Positions 26,663-40,400 of a stretch of 64,000 nt of DNA are shown here, piece by piece. Under the pieces are notes generated by a model. The model did no database searches and had not been told where the DNA came from. It saw only the letters and a list, made by a program, of their open reading frames with translations. This DNA is from Octopus bimaculoides (Eukaryota). The stretch's first letter is position 1, and every line of letters begins with the position of its first letter. Both the position numbers and the translations under genes were made by a program. The DNA lies in contig NC_068991.1 of NCBI RefSeq assembly GCF_001194135.2, positions 73,582,671 through 73,646,670 of the forward strand, given 5' to 3'.

Positions 26663-27037
26663 NNNNNNNNNNNNNNNNNNNNNNNNNNNNNNNNNNNNNN
26701 NNNNNNNNNNNNNNNNNNNNNNNNNNNNNNNNNNNNNNNNNNNNNNNNNNNNNNNNNNNNNNNNNNNNNNNNNNNNNNNNNNNNNNNNNNNNNNNNNNNN
26801 NNNNNNNNNNNNNNNNNNNNNNNNNNNNNNNNNNNNNNNNNNNNNNNNNNNNNNNNNNNNNNNNNNNNNNNNNNNNNNNNNNNNNNNNNNNNNNNNNNNN
26901 NNNNNNNNNNNNNNNNNNNNNNNNNNNNNNNNNNNNNNNNNNNNNNNNNNNNNNNNNNNNNNNNNNNNNNNNNNNNNNNNNNNNNNNNNNNNNNNNNNNN
27001 NNNNNNNNNNNNNNNNNNNNNNNNNNNNNNNNNNNNN

Positions 27038-27071
<34 letters not shown>

Positions 27072-27122
27072 CAAGAGAGAGAGAGAGAGCAAGAGAGAGA
27101 GCAAGAGAGAGAGAGTATCGCA

Positions 27123-27347
27123 CGCGTGGCTGTTTGGTAAGTAGTTTACTTCTTATCCACATTTTTCCGGGTTCGATCCTATTGCTTGGTACTTTGGGCA
27201 AGTGTCTTCGTTCTAATATCGCCCAAATTCTTGGGAATGGATATAGGAGACGGAAACTGAAAGAAACCCGTCGTATATTTATGCGCGCGTTATGTATGTA
27301 TGTATGCATGTATGTGTATGTGTGTGCGTGTGTGTCAGTGTGTGTAG

Positions 27348-27418
<71 letters not shown>

Positions 27419-27442
27419 TGTGTGTGTATGTGNNNNNNNNNN

Positions 27443-27501
<59 letters not shown>

Positions 27502-27737
27502 TGTGTGTGTATGTGTGTTTGTGTGTGTGTTTCTGTTTGCCCACCACCACCTCTCGACAGCTGGTGTTGGCTTGTTTACATCCCCGTTACTTAGCTGTTC
27601 GTCAAAATAAACCGTCAGAGTGAGTGCTAGGCTTTAAAATAGTAAATACCAGGGTCATGTCCTTCGACTAAACTTTTCAATGCGGTGCCCCAGCATGGCC
27701 GCAGTCCAATGACTGAAATACGTTAAAGGTAAAAGAA
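27123..27737 (+). mobile_element. SINE family B with expanded internal (TG)n
   Basis: Head and CORE-like segment 27123-27280, about 250 bp of (TG)n, 3' part 27540-27737. Confidence 0.85.
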
Positions 27738-27892
27738 TATATGTATATTTATATACATATATTTATTCTCATCCAAGATGGAGATGATTACAAAAAAGAG
27801 TTCCATGTGACAGCCTTCATAATTGTTACGAGATTTCCCTCCGCCTGAAAACAATGGTAGTAGCCTTGCTAACCCAGAATTATACATGTTGA

Positions 27893-28399
27893 GACCCCCT
27901 TCGGTCATGACTGACCATGGGATTCCACCTAGAAAGTTACCCTACCAAGCACAAGTTCTATTCAGTACCACAGATTTGCTTGTCAGTTGCTTGACCATAA
28001 CTAGTTGAGCATGTCCCTTAGTGGCTGATGGTATGTGCATCTCTGATCACGAGCAGAAGTAGTGGGGGAACATCATAGCCATGCGCTGAGAGGAATTCTT
28101 TGAAGTTTGGATAATTCACTTCTGGAAACATGGGTGTTTCGTTCATCATCCTTCAACAACTCTTATTCAGGGATCTTTTGAGCGGAATGGGCTACTCAAC
28201 CTGAAGAAAATTCCAACTGGGGCCCTCCCTGCAAGGTCATGCGCTGTTTAACTTGATAGGGGATCACCATGTTTTGCATATATGACTGTGTTGCTTGTGT
28301 CTGTTGTATACCTATCAGACGAGTAGTCATGATGGGTATATTAGATTTCGTATATTTTACCCCAGTATCACTTTGATGGCATGTATTGCGCTTTTCCTC

Positions 28400-28440
<41 letters not shown>
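27893..28440. mobile_element. Unclassified interspersed repeat remnant(s) ending in an (AAT)n tail
   Basis: GC-richer non-simple sequence ending abruptly in (AAT)n at 28399-28438, as retroposon 3' ends do; family not determined. Confidence 0.45.
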
Positions 28441-28446
<6 letters not shown>

Positions 28447-29002
28447 ATTTTGTAATAAATTTATATTGATAAAGTATTCTAAAAGTTGTTATATTATAGA
28501 GAAAATAGTAATAGTAGGCGGCTTTGTATTTTTGAAATGATGAAAAAAAAAAGAAGAAGCGTAGGAACTATGATCACCGCGATTCTTCATAGAATTCTAT
28601 CTTGACAACTGTTATAAATGTCGGCTTGTTTGAAAAGTTCTATAGTTGTTGTTATTAAGTTGAAAGTTATTGAAAAACCGAAACAGATATTACATTATGA
28701 GTTTTTATCATAAGGTTTTTCCTTTTCATCCTTCATCATAATATACTTGTGTGTGTATGTGTAGCGGTATACACACATAACTAGTACTGACATACACACA
28801 CACACACACACAAACACACACATATATATGTATATATATGTATGCATGCATGTATATATATATATATATATGTATGCATGCATGTATATATATATATATA
28901 TATATGTGTGTATGTATGTATTTATATGTACATATATATATATATATATATATGTATGTATATGTGTGTGTATATGTATGTATATATATATGTATACATA
29001 TA

Positions 29003-29040
<38 letters not shown>

Positions 29041-29652
29041 TGTGTGTGTGTGCGTATATGTTTGCATTTAAATACATTTGTTTCTGCATGTACGTATATA
29101 TATAAAATAATATACTTATATAAAAGACACGAATAAATGTGTGTATGTGTATATATATATATACATACACACAAACACACGCACTCATACAGCACTCATT
29201 TTCACGCACACAGAGACATAAACGCACAGATACACGCACACACACTAATATACAGGCACACACATTCCACTAACTCTTTCTATATTATATTGTAATAGCA
29301 ATTTAGAAGAGTACCGATGCTTTCGACATCTCCTTATTTCAGTTAATATATACACGTGTGTGTGTGTGTGTACCTGTGTGTGTGTACCTCTGTGTGTGTG
29401 TGGGTGTGTGTGTGTTTGTGCGCGTGTGTTTCTTTCTTTTGACGCACAGAGTTACGCAGTAAACACACGTACGCACGTGTCTACAGATAGGGACCAAACA
29501 CACAATCACGCAAACACACCACATTATCGTTTTATCGAATGTGTAACGAGAAAAAGAATTAACAGCTTAAAATATATCTGGCAGCAGAAAAAAATGAAGA
29601 TTTAATGAACAATGTGTGTGCGCGCGCGCGTGCATGTGTATGTATATGTATG

Positions 29653-29736
<84 letters not shown>

Positions 29737-30344
29737 NNNNNNNNNNNNNNNNNNNNNNNNNNNNNNNNNNNNNNNNNNNNNNNNNNNNNNNNNNNNNNNN
29801 NNNNNNNNNNNNNNNNNNNNNNNNNNNNNNNNNNNNNNNNNNNNNNNNNNNNNNNNNNNNNNNNNNNNNNNNNNNNNNNNNNNNNNNNNNNNNNNNNNNN
29901 NNNNNNNNNNNNNNNNNNNNNNNNNNNNNNNNNNNNNNNNNNNNNNNNNNNNNNNNNNNNNNNNNNNNNNNNNNNNNNNNNNNNNNNNNNNNNNNNNNNN
30001 NNNNNNNNNNNNNNNNNNNNNNNNNNNNNNNNNNNNNNNNNNNNNNNNNNNNNNNNNNNNNNNNNNNNNNNNNNNNNNNNNNNNNNNNNNNNNNNNNNNN
30101 NNNNNNNNNNNNNNNNNNNNNNNNNNNNNNNNNNNNNNNNNNNNNNNNNNNNNNNNNNNNNNNNNNNNNNNNNNNNNNNNNNNNNNNNNNNNNNNNNNNN
30201 NNNNNNNNNNNNNNNNNNNNNNNNNNNNNNNNNNNNNNNNNNNNNNNNNNNNNNNNNNNNNNNNNNNNNNNNNNNNNNNNNNNNNNNNNNNNNNNNNNNN
30301 NNNNNNNNNNNNNNNNNNNNNNNNNNNNNNNNNNNNNNNNNNNN

Positions 30345-30378
<34 letters not shown>

Positions 30379-30847
30379 TATATATATATGTACGTATATG
30401 TATATATATATATGTATATATATTAAATAAATAAATATGTATATATACATGAATGCATAAACATGACTTTGCGCGCATCTGTGTCTGAGTGCGTCTGTTT
30501 AGGTGTGTGTGTATAAATTTAGAATAAATACACATTTTCGTTTTTACGTCAACACTAACAAATTTCATAAATCTATTCATTTGTTCTTCCTGTTTTTGGC
30601 ACACTGATTTCTCTTTCTCTCGCCTCCTCCTCCTGTGCCTTCCCCCTCTCTCTCTCTCTCTCTCTCACTCACGTAGGCAAATATACAGCGGAACACACCC
30701 GTAGGTATTCGCACACACACACAAAGACATACATACATATATATATATATGTATATATTTACCTGTGTTTTCATGCAAGTATATGTATATATGCACACAT
30801 AAATGTATATATATGTGTGCGTGTGACTGTGTGTGTGAATGTGTGTT

Positions 30848-30900
<53 letters not shown>

Positions 30901-31536
30901 GCCTGTGTGCATATACTGAGAGGAGAGAAGAAAATGTAATTCTGAATGCTATATGCAATGTATATATTCCCACCAAAAGTATGTACCTAATTTTGCGTGT
31001 GCCCGTTTGTGTATTTGTGAGTGCTGAACATGTTTGTACGTGCGTGTCTATATCTACATATATGTACATTAATATAGACATATATATACGACAAAAGTAA
31101 CAGGAAATGTTTTCTATGACACAAGCTTCCGCCGCTAGGAGTCACTTCATGCGACCTTCAGGCATCAGTCTTCCAACCGACGTTGTCCAGTGAGGTCATG
31201 CTGCCACGTGATGCGTCTTTATTTTCCAATAATTCTTGCCTGTTCGCCGATTTTGGCGATGGCTGAAACGAAGAGAACAGCGTGCTTCCGTGAAATTCTG
31301 GTGTTCACTCACACATATAAACAGCCAACAACAAACACCGCACACCTAACACACACACGAACATACACACACATGTGCGCACATGCACATACCCACACAT
31401 AGACAGATACTTCCTTCTCTTGCACTCTCCTTTTTCTTCACCCATTGCCTTCCAGTCTTTTCAAAATGTAACCAATGTGGATCGTTGGTGATTTTTTTTA
31501 CTGTCTCCTTTTCTCTTGAATTTTCCTCTGTCTCCT

Positions 31537-31571
31537 GTTTCTGAAGAATAGCTTTGCTCGAAACGTAAAAC
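31537..31571 (+). ncRNA. Minimal hammerhead ribozyme, probably inactivated (stem II closing pair lost)
   Basis: GUUU CUGAAGA A UAGC UUU GCUC GAAAC GUA/AAAC. Stem I is 4 bp and stem III is the ACGU palindrome; there is a U.C mismatch where G10.1-C11.1 is expected. Confidence 0.7.
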
Positions 31572-31721
31572 CACCTTTCTTTCCTTCCCTGAGCGTCCGC
31601 TAATTCGTTGCATGTACACGTCTTCGCGTTGTTGTTCTTTTTCACGTTTGTTCTTCGCTTTTTCTTTGATTTAATATATATGTATATATGTATACATACA
31701 TATATACACATGTGTGTGTGT

Positions 31722-31765
<44 letters not shown>

Positions 31766-32780
31766 TAAATGAAAGACGGAAGATGGAATACAAAAAATAT
31801 TTTTAATCACGGCAATTGTTTCGTTTTATCGATCCCTCACGGTGGGACACTTTACAACTGGTTCATGAGTATCCGGCGGTGCAGATGTGTCTCATCGGGT
31901 GATAAATAGACACAATTCGTTAAAATAACAGTTCTGCAATGTATCTTCTCGTTTTGTAGAAAGAAAAGCAGCAAAACGAAGGAAATATCTTCATTTGTGA
32001 TAGATCAAAAATAAAATCACAAATGCAAAAAAGAAACGAACAGGCAATGCAACGGGAAAAGTATTAAAAATAACCGTTAACAGATATGAATCTATAAATG
32101 CCCTCGCGTAAACTGCATGGTGCCTGTTCACTCACTCATAGAAGCATCCGTGTAAATGTAAGCATACGCACTCGTGTGGTTTGGTGCACACACGATCACA
32201 AAGCGAGTTAAATATAAGTAAATGCCTACGTGACAATCTATAGAAGCTAAGGTTTTCAGAAAAAGAAGTCAATAACATGAACATTATAAATACAATCTTT
32301 AAGCTGGCCAATAAAAATATACGATGTGTATTTGTTTTTCATATTTATATTCCAACGATGGGTTTTTGTATCTTTGCTGGAAACTAACTCCTTCCTTACA
32401 AGAAGTTTTAAGATGATTAAAATTTCGTAGGGAACAATACCTTCATACATGCATACTCAACTATGAGGACGGGGTGAGAAAATGAATTGCCACGGTCATT
32501 TGAATGTCGGGGATTAGGTTTTTCCTAATATATTCTGGATCTCGGCGAGTTCATTTCAACTACCGTCAGGGTCAATTTCGTGAATCACCTTTCCGAAATC
32601 CACAGAAAATAGTGATAATCCAGAAGACTAAATTGGTTCTGCACTGTACCTGTTCTATGAGCTTCGAATTCATATGCTGCTTTGGCATCGCTTGTCTGGG
32701 ATTAATCTATCAACCAAAAACGTAACCAGACCCATCCCGATAGTGCCTAGTTTAAATAAGATAGATAGATACATACATAC

Positions 32781-32812
<32 letters not shown>

Positions 32813-32854
32813 GCAGACAGGCAGGCAGACAGACAGACAGGCAGGCAGACAGAC

Positions 32855-32889
<35 letters not shown>

Positions 32890-32905
32890 CAGATAGACAG
32901 ATAGC

Positions 32906-32976
<71 letters not shown>

Positions 32977-33052
32977 GGGACGAATCGTGGATCTTAAGAA
33001 GGGCTATACAATTTAGCATATGTATGAAATCGAAGTATTTGAAGTTGGGCAC

Positions 33053-33141
<89 letters not shown>

Positions 33142-33322
33142 AAAAGAAAGAGAGTGAGAGAGAGTATATTGGAAAATATATTGTATATGTATTTTTTCAG
33201 TTACCATAAAAATGAAAGATTTATATTAAAATCGGATTTATTATTTGCAAGAATTTATATATCTTAGGCGTGCACTGCACGCAGAAGAGCGCAATACTTT
33301 ATATATGCTATATATATACATC

Positions 33323-33398
<76 letters not shown>

Positions 33399-34950
33399 NN
33401 NNNNNNNNNNNNNNNNNNNNNNNNNNNNNNNNNNNNNNNNNNNNNNNNNNNNNNNNNNNNNNNNNNNNNNNNNNNNNNNNNNNNNNNNNNNNNNNNNNNN
33501 NNNNNNNNNNNNNNNNNNNNNNNNNNNNNNNNNNNNNNNNNNNNNNNNNNNNNNNNNNNNNNNNNNNNNNNNNNNNNNNNNNNNNNNNNNNNNNNNNNNN
33601 NNNNNNNNNNNNNNNNNNNNNNNNNNNNNNNNNNNNNNNNNNNNNNNNNNNNNNNNTATATATATATATATATATGTATGTATATACACACATATGTATG
33701 TGTGTATGTTTGGAAGTACGAATATATATATGCATATAGTCACATACAGACATTCACACATACATATGCCAACATATCTACATTACTATCACTTTTCATC
33801 TTATTTTCGCCTCTCTTCTTTTCCTCCTTCTCATCCATAAACGCCTGTGATTTAGTTTCTCTTTTGTAATTTATATCTTTCGTCATGTGATACAAAAAAA
33901 ATGTGATTGATGGTATTTAAATTAGGTGACATGTTTGTTCGTTATCCCCTCTTCTTTCCTTTGTTTTTTGTCCTTCCTATACGATTCCAATATCCATTGC
34001 CACAGTTCATTTGACTCAACATTTGATATTATTATTACAATACTTCCATATATTGATTGTTATTGTGAATGCGACTCTTATACATTAGATGGTTCCATTT
34101 CGGCAGTTGTAATTTATCAAATCATTCATCGGTTGTTTCAGACCTTGTAACTTACATACGATAAGATTGTTATAGTCCTCTCTCGTCAAACACTCTATAA
34201 TACGCATGTAACAAAAGGAAGTAGCAGCCGATCAAAATTTAGAACAGATTGGAAACAAAAAAGATTATATCCATTCTTCGGAAGATTAAATACAAATAAA
34301 AATATAATCTAAAAACTTGTACAATTCAATAATTCATCTGTTTTGCTTAAATTAAACCATGTATTTCAATGTGCTGAAATGCTTAAGGTTACATGTACTT
34401 TAATGTTTGTGACAATTACATCGCCACATCTTATCAATCAGTCGTAAAATGAATATTCAGATATTTTGTGTAAACCGTGGTGTTACCACATCATACTTAA
34501 ATAAAAATAACAATGAATGGAATTATTTTAGTTTTAATCTTTAGTAATCAGAAATTTCGAATAAAATATTGCATATGATCAATTTGCTTAGAAACGTACG
34601 TTCCTACCTTCGTGTCTCTTCACAGCAAAGCATACAGTTATACGCATGTGCAGGATTATATCTAACATGTATATCACTGTTCTTAATTGGAGTATACAAC
34701 ATTGTTTGTGTGAATATGTATGAATGTATGCTGTATTTTACAGTATGTATGTACATATACATGCATACTTACTTGCAGACATATATATGTGTGTGTGTGT
34801 GCGCGCGTGTGTATGTGTATATATGTATATGTATGCATATATGTGTGTGTTTGTGTCTGCGTGTCTGTGTCTGCGTGTTTGTATGTATATATGTGTTTGT
34901 GTGTGTATCCATAAATATATGTGCGTGTATGTGAATGGAAGTGTATGCTC

Positions 34951-34992
<42 letters not shown>

Positions 34993-35231
34993 AAGGGGAA
35001 TATACGTATGTGGCGATGGGGTGTGCGATGTTACATAGATCTTATGGAGAATATATTATTTGATAATTGCATTATACACTTTTGTGTTTTTTCATAATTC
35101 TTCCATATTAGGATATGTTATTTGTGTGTTCTTTGTATATTTTGTTTTTTGTTATTTTGTACTCGATAAACTCTTTGTTTTAAGAAGTTGTTTCTTCTCT
35201 CGACTCTTTCAGATTCACTCTATGCCACAAG

Positions 35232-36108
35232 ATGCCACCCTCACGAATGTTGACGACAGGGAAATTACATAGTCCGGGTTTGACAACGGCAATAATGGCA
35301 CCAAAATTCTTTGTTTTCTATGTGTGTCTGTTTCTGCTGGTGTCGCAAGTTTTCGGGGAAGTGACCCCAGTCATTCATTTGCAGACAACCAGCGGAGCTG
35401 ACATTCAAACCTCTTCGAAAGATTCGCGACAAGAACAACAACAACAGCAACACGCAAAGCAGCCTGCAAACTCGCAGCAACCACAAGAACAAGAACAGAA
35501 ATCTTTAGCAAAGTCTTCGACGATAAAAGTCATTGGTAAGAAGAACCTATTGAGTCAAACGACACATGTTGTTTCGTTACCAGTGTCTACAGCAGCGTCC
35601 GCGTCATCTTCGTTGCCAACATCATCATTTGCTGCCACAAGCAGCACACTCCGGCTTCTCTCCTCATCAACTCAACAGCATGACATGACTAGTTCCATAA
35701 ACGATCCTTTGCCAATGTCGAAAACTAGCGTGGCCACAGCAACAAGTACCATATTGACGAATACCGAAAAATACGGAGCTAAAACTACCACTGAAGAGAG
35801 TCAGAAAATTCTTAAGAAACTCACCACGAATTTACCGACCTCCAAATCTTATAATACTGTAGCCGAGAAATCCAGTTCTACGGACGATTCCTCGGAGAAA
35901 AACACAAAGCACGAGTTCTACAGTGATTCGTCTTCTTCAAAGACAATTCCTCAAACGACTGAGGGTCTGTTGGATTCTACAACATCTTCTGTCCTTTCCT
36001 TGATCAAAACTATATCAACCGTGACCACGATCACACATGGAGGGAAAATGACGCCTACATCTAGCGTAGTACTTCCTCTTGACGACAGCATAACCAACAA
36101 CAACGATC

Positions 36109-36166
<58 letters not shown>

Positions 36167-36546
36167 CGATAAAGTCAACAAAACTCTTGGAAATGTCCAC
36201 GTAAACAACAATGAAGCCAAAGAACCAAATCCGAGAGTGGAGGAACCCGAATGGGAAAAGAAAAACCAGACACAACATTCACCTAAATATCTGAGTGATG
36301 AGTTTGGCTTCTACGATATGGAGAAAGAGATAAATCCTTCGGAAGGTGAAACCGCGGAAAGGATTCTATTAAATCGAACGCAGTCATCCGATGATACATT
36401 ATTCAATGGGTTCATAACAGCGAACCTCACTGAAAAGGCCAACTTGACAGAAAGGCAGATTTTTTTTCCTGAACATTTTGCAGAGCGACGCATGAAACAC
36501 CGAGCCTGGTTCACACAACATCACCGCTTCACTCGACACGAACTAG
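35232..36546 (+). CDS. First coding exon of a secreted or cell-surface mucin-like (Ser/Thr/Asn-rich) protein of unknown family; likely start ATG 35295 (MAPKFFVFYVCLFLLVSQVFG), phase-1 donor
   Basis: 1.3-kb stop-free, non-repeat frame. Polypyrimidine tract plus AG at 35211-35212. ATG 35295 has A at -3 and G at +4 and is followed by a hydrophobic signal-like stretch. S/T-rich body, poly-N18, five N-x-T sequons near the C-terminal end. Consensus donor AG|GTGAGT at 36546/36547, after which the ORF runs into intronic T-rich and (CA)n sequence. Confidence 0.88.
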
Positions 36547-36684
36547 GTGAGTTCCCTTTTATATTTTTTGCCTGCGGTTTTTACGTGTATGTTTCTTCTA
36601 TTATTATAGGTTGTTTTTTTTTTCAATTACCGTATATTTCTTTATTCTTTTTTCACCTTTGCAACAGGTATGGAATTTATATAT

Positions 36685-36732
<48 letters not shown>

Positions 36733-37432
36733 ACACACACACACACATATACATATTTAATATATATATATGTATANNNNNNNNNNNNNNNNNNNNNNNN
36801 NNNNNNNNNNNNNNNNNNNNNNNNNNNNNNNNNNNNNNNNNNNNNNNNNNNATATATATATACATACATACATACATACATACATACATACATACATACA
36901 TACATACATACACACACTTGTGTGTGTGAGTACGCACACATATAAGAGAGAAAATCAATTTATAAAAATAAAAGACTGATTACACTTATCAGAGGGTGTC
37001 CTGGGCTTTAAAGGCATACAAGATATCGATCTGCACAAAAAACATTTTTAGCCTAAAATTCTAACCGGTCGGATAGCATGCAGCCTAATGCGATTACAAA
37101 GACCTAAAGATATCAACCCTTTGATTCAACAATTGTAATGCTTACAATATAACATACTCATATATTAACTAACGATTTCAATGGGTACAGCCATACATGT
37201 GTAGATATATATGGCTTTGCAACTAATTAATCTCACTACATGCCCCATAGTTCAAATATTTTCTATCACAGCTTAGAAATTAAGGCTTTAACTTACATAA
37301 AAATCCATTGGAAGAATAAATAAACCGTTGCTCTCTCTGAATCAGCCTTTGTGACTTATTGTTTTAGATATTCTAAGTTTTTACACCTACTCATGTACAA
37401 TATTTTACAACTATTTAGTAATTCACTCACCA

Positions 37433-37479
37433 CAACTTCGCTGAAGAGGTCTAAAATTAAGGAAACATGTCTGTAGTTG
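37433..37479 (+). ncRNA. Degenerate minimal hammerhead ribozyme (stem II 3' strand deleted)
   Basis: CAACUUCG CUGAAGA GGUCUAAAAUUAAG GAAAC AU GUC/UGUAGUUG. Stem I pairs 7 of 8 and stem III is ACAUGU; ACC appears missing before GAAA. Same family as 62184-62230. Confidence 0.6.
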
Positions 37480-40400
37480 TCTACCGTATTTGTCGGAATA
37501 TATTTTCTTTGCCCCAGAGTTAATTTTTTTTAACTTGGTGGTAGAATTAGTCTGTCGACCAGCTTAACACCACCTGGTCCTTGGGTCCCCCTAGTAGACT
37601 CCCCTATTTTGCAACTATTTGGCAAGGGTTCTGTGGGTGTTAATCCTTCTATGGAAAGGGTCATGGCACCGCCTTTCTTCCAGTGACTAAGCAATTAAAA
37701 TTGCTAGTATGATTAAATCGGAATTCCCAATACTGCTTTGAGATAATATAATGAATATTTCTCTTTATCTAAACAAAAAAAATTAAGATTAAATTGAAAC
37801 TAAATCTAAGCATATGTTGTTTAGTCCAAGAGTAGTCTTGAAATACCAAACCTATTATCAAAGGGGATCTTTCAATTGTGATCTAATTCTTTTCACCCTG
37901 ACTACCCTTCTCGTTTCGCTCTTCCTTTTTCTTTAAGACGGTCGTTTGATATTATGACAAGTATTTGGTTGTTATTTATAGCAGATCGAGGAACCATATG
38001 AAAGGTATCTACACTGGTTCTGCAAAGCTTATTTATCTCGAATTTCACTAAGATTCGTCGGCATTTGATGTTCCGAAAAAGCAAAGGCTGAGATAATAGG
38101 CATGTCTGTGTATTTTAAATAAAAATCCTGTCTGAACAGCTATTTTCATATCAGCTTAACTTCTCTAATTTTGGAAAATCCGATCGATAGATTTAATAAC
38201 AGAATGTATTATAGAATTCATTTCAATCTTGACAGATTTTAAATTATTTTAATGCTAACATCCTCTAAGGAAAGCGGTGCAGTAAAAAGGTGGGGATTTT
38301 AATTCAGTTTCGGTTATAAATCAAATACTGTCTCGTACATTATTATACGATAAAGATCGGAGCTTAGCTCTTCACCAGCTTGGTGTGGTAACTGCATAAA
38401 GAATGTATTGATAACATTCGAAAAGAAATTGATACCGTGATAAAACTGTAATTAATAGTTCTATGTGTCTATGTTTATTGTACATTTCAAAGAAATTCTT
38501 GTTGACTCTGTCTCTATATAAGCACATCACTGCATACAAATAAACAGATCTGCTTTTATTAAGTGAATGACGTCAGAACAACGAATTTATTTTATTTTTA
38601 TTTTACTTTATTTACTTTCATTTGAGGGTGTACAAACGAATCTTAATGAACAAAGTCTTCGAAAATATTTCTACAAATGAAAGCGCTCGTTAATTATTTA
38701 AGTGATAAAGAAAACTAAAGAAGGAAAAAGACAAAGAAAATTAAAAACCATGAAAATGAAAAGAGCGAATGCATGAATGAAAGAATGAGTGTGAGATTGA
38801 GTAAATTAGTGAAATCTAAGAGAACTTAAATCCAACATCGTTTAACTTGATGAACTAAAAAGGAAACAGCAGCTCTGTACAAGTCGTTCAACAGTTTAAT
38901 TGCATTTATCTCCCCCTTGTTTCAACACAACATTTTTTTTTTCTTATTGCTTTACAAAAATGTTAATCAATTTTAAGACAAGTTTTCTCCGAATACATTT
39001 TCTGTCTAATTACTTGCTATTTTTGTCATTGCTATTAATTTATTTATCCTGATCTGCAAAACGACCATATTTCCACTTCTATAGTTCTTTCTTTCAAATG
39101 GAAATTCAGTTTGAATCTTCAATTTTCTTTAGTTTTCCGTATTCTTATTCTTTCATATTTATTTCATTTTTTCAGAAGTGAACAAAACACTTCCTTCAAT
39201 GCATCTGTTCTTCTTTATACAATCTTATTCCAAAAGATTTTTCTAATTTTCATTGCTCATTCACACCAAAAATCTTCGAGTCTATTGTTTAAGTTGCATC
39301 TGCCTTGTCGCCATCTTGACTACATTCTGTCGGTATATCAAATGTATTCATATAAATTATTGGATGAATATTACAATTTATAATAGTTTACTCCTCTTCT
39401 CTTCTTTTTATATATGTTTTGCTTTCTGTTCAATTATGTATGACTTTTAAAAAAATTGATTTATTATGAGGATAAAATGCATGTGAAACGTGTTTATATC
39501 TATTGTCTGGTGAAAACGAATATGAGGAATATAGTACACAGATACATTGCTATATATTGTATATAATCATTATGTATATATTCTACATGTTATAAATATA
39601 CATATATTATATATACATATATATAGGTACATATATATANNNNNNNNNNNNNNNNNNNNNNNNNNNNNNNNNNNNNNNNNNNNNNNNNNNNNNNNNNNNN
39701 NNNNNNNNNNNNNNNNNNNNNNNNNNNNNNNNNNNNNNNNNNNNNNNNNNNNNNNNNNNNNNNNNNNNNNNNNNNNNNNNNNNNNNNNNNNNNNNNNNNN
39801 NNNNNNNNNNNNNNNNNNNNNNNNNNNNNNNNNNNNNNNNNNNNNNNNNNNNNNNNNNNNNNNNNNNNNNNNNNNNNNNNNNNNNNNNNNNNNNNNNNNN
39901 NNNNNNNNNNNNNNNNNNNNNNNNNNNNNNNNNNNNNNNNNNNNNNNNNNNNNNNNNNNNNNNNNNNNNNNNNNNNNNNNNNNNNNNNNNNNNNNNNNNN
40001 NNNNNNNNNNNNNNNNNNNNNNNNNNNNNNNNNNNNNNNNNNNNNNNNNNNNNNNNNNNNNNNNNNNNNNNNNNNNNNNNNNNNNNNNNNNNNNNNNNNN
40101 NNNNNNNNNNNNNNNNNNNNNNNNNNNNNNNNNNNNNNNNNNNNNNNNNNNNNNNNNNNNNNNNNNNNNNNNNNNNNNNNNNNNNNNNNNNNNNNNNNNN
40201 NNNNNNNNNNNNNNNNNNNNNNNNNNNNNNNNNNNNNNNNNNNNNNNNNNNNNNNNNNNNNNNNNNNNNNNNNNNNNNNNNNNNNNNNNNNNNNNNNNNN
40301 NNNNNNNNNNNNNNNNNNNNNNNNNNNNNNNNNNNNNNNNNNNNNNNNNNNNNNNNNNNNNNNNNNNNNNNNNNNNNNNNNNNNNNNNNNNNNNNNNNNN

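Noticed and set aside
36547-36929. C-terminal 127 aa of the 565-aa ORF, including an apparent hydrophobic transmembrane segment (FPFIFFACGFYVYVSSIIIGCFFF).
   Set aside because: It lies past a consensus GTGAGT donor in T-rich intronic DNA and runs into (CA)n and a gap; it is not evidence of a membrane anchor.
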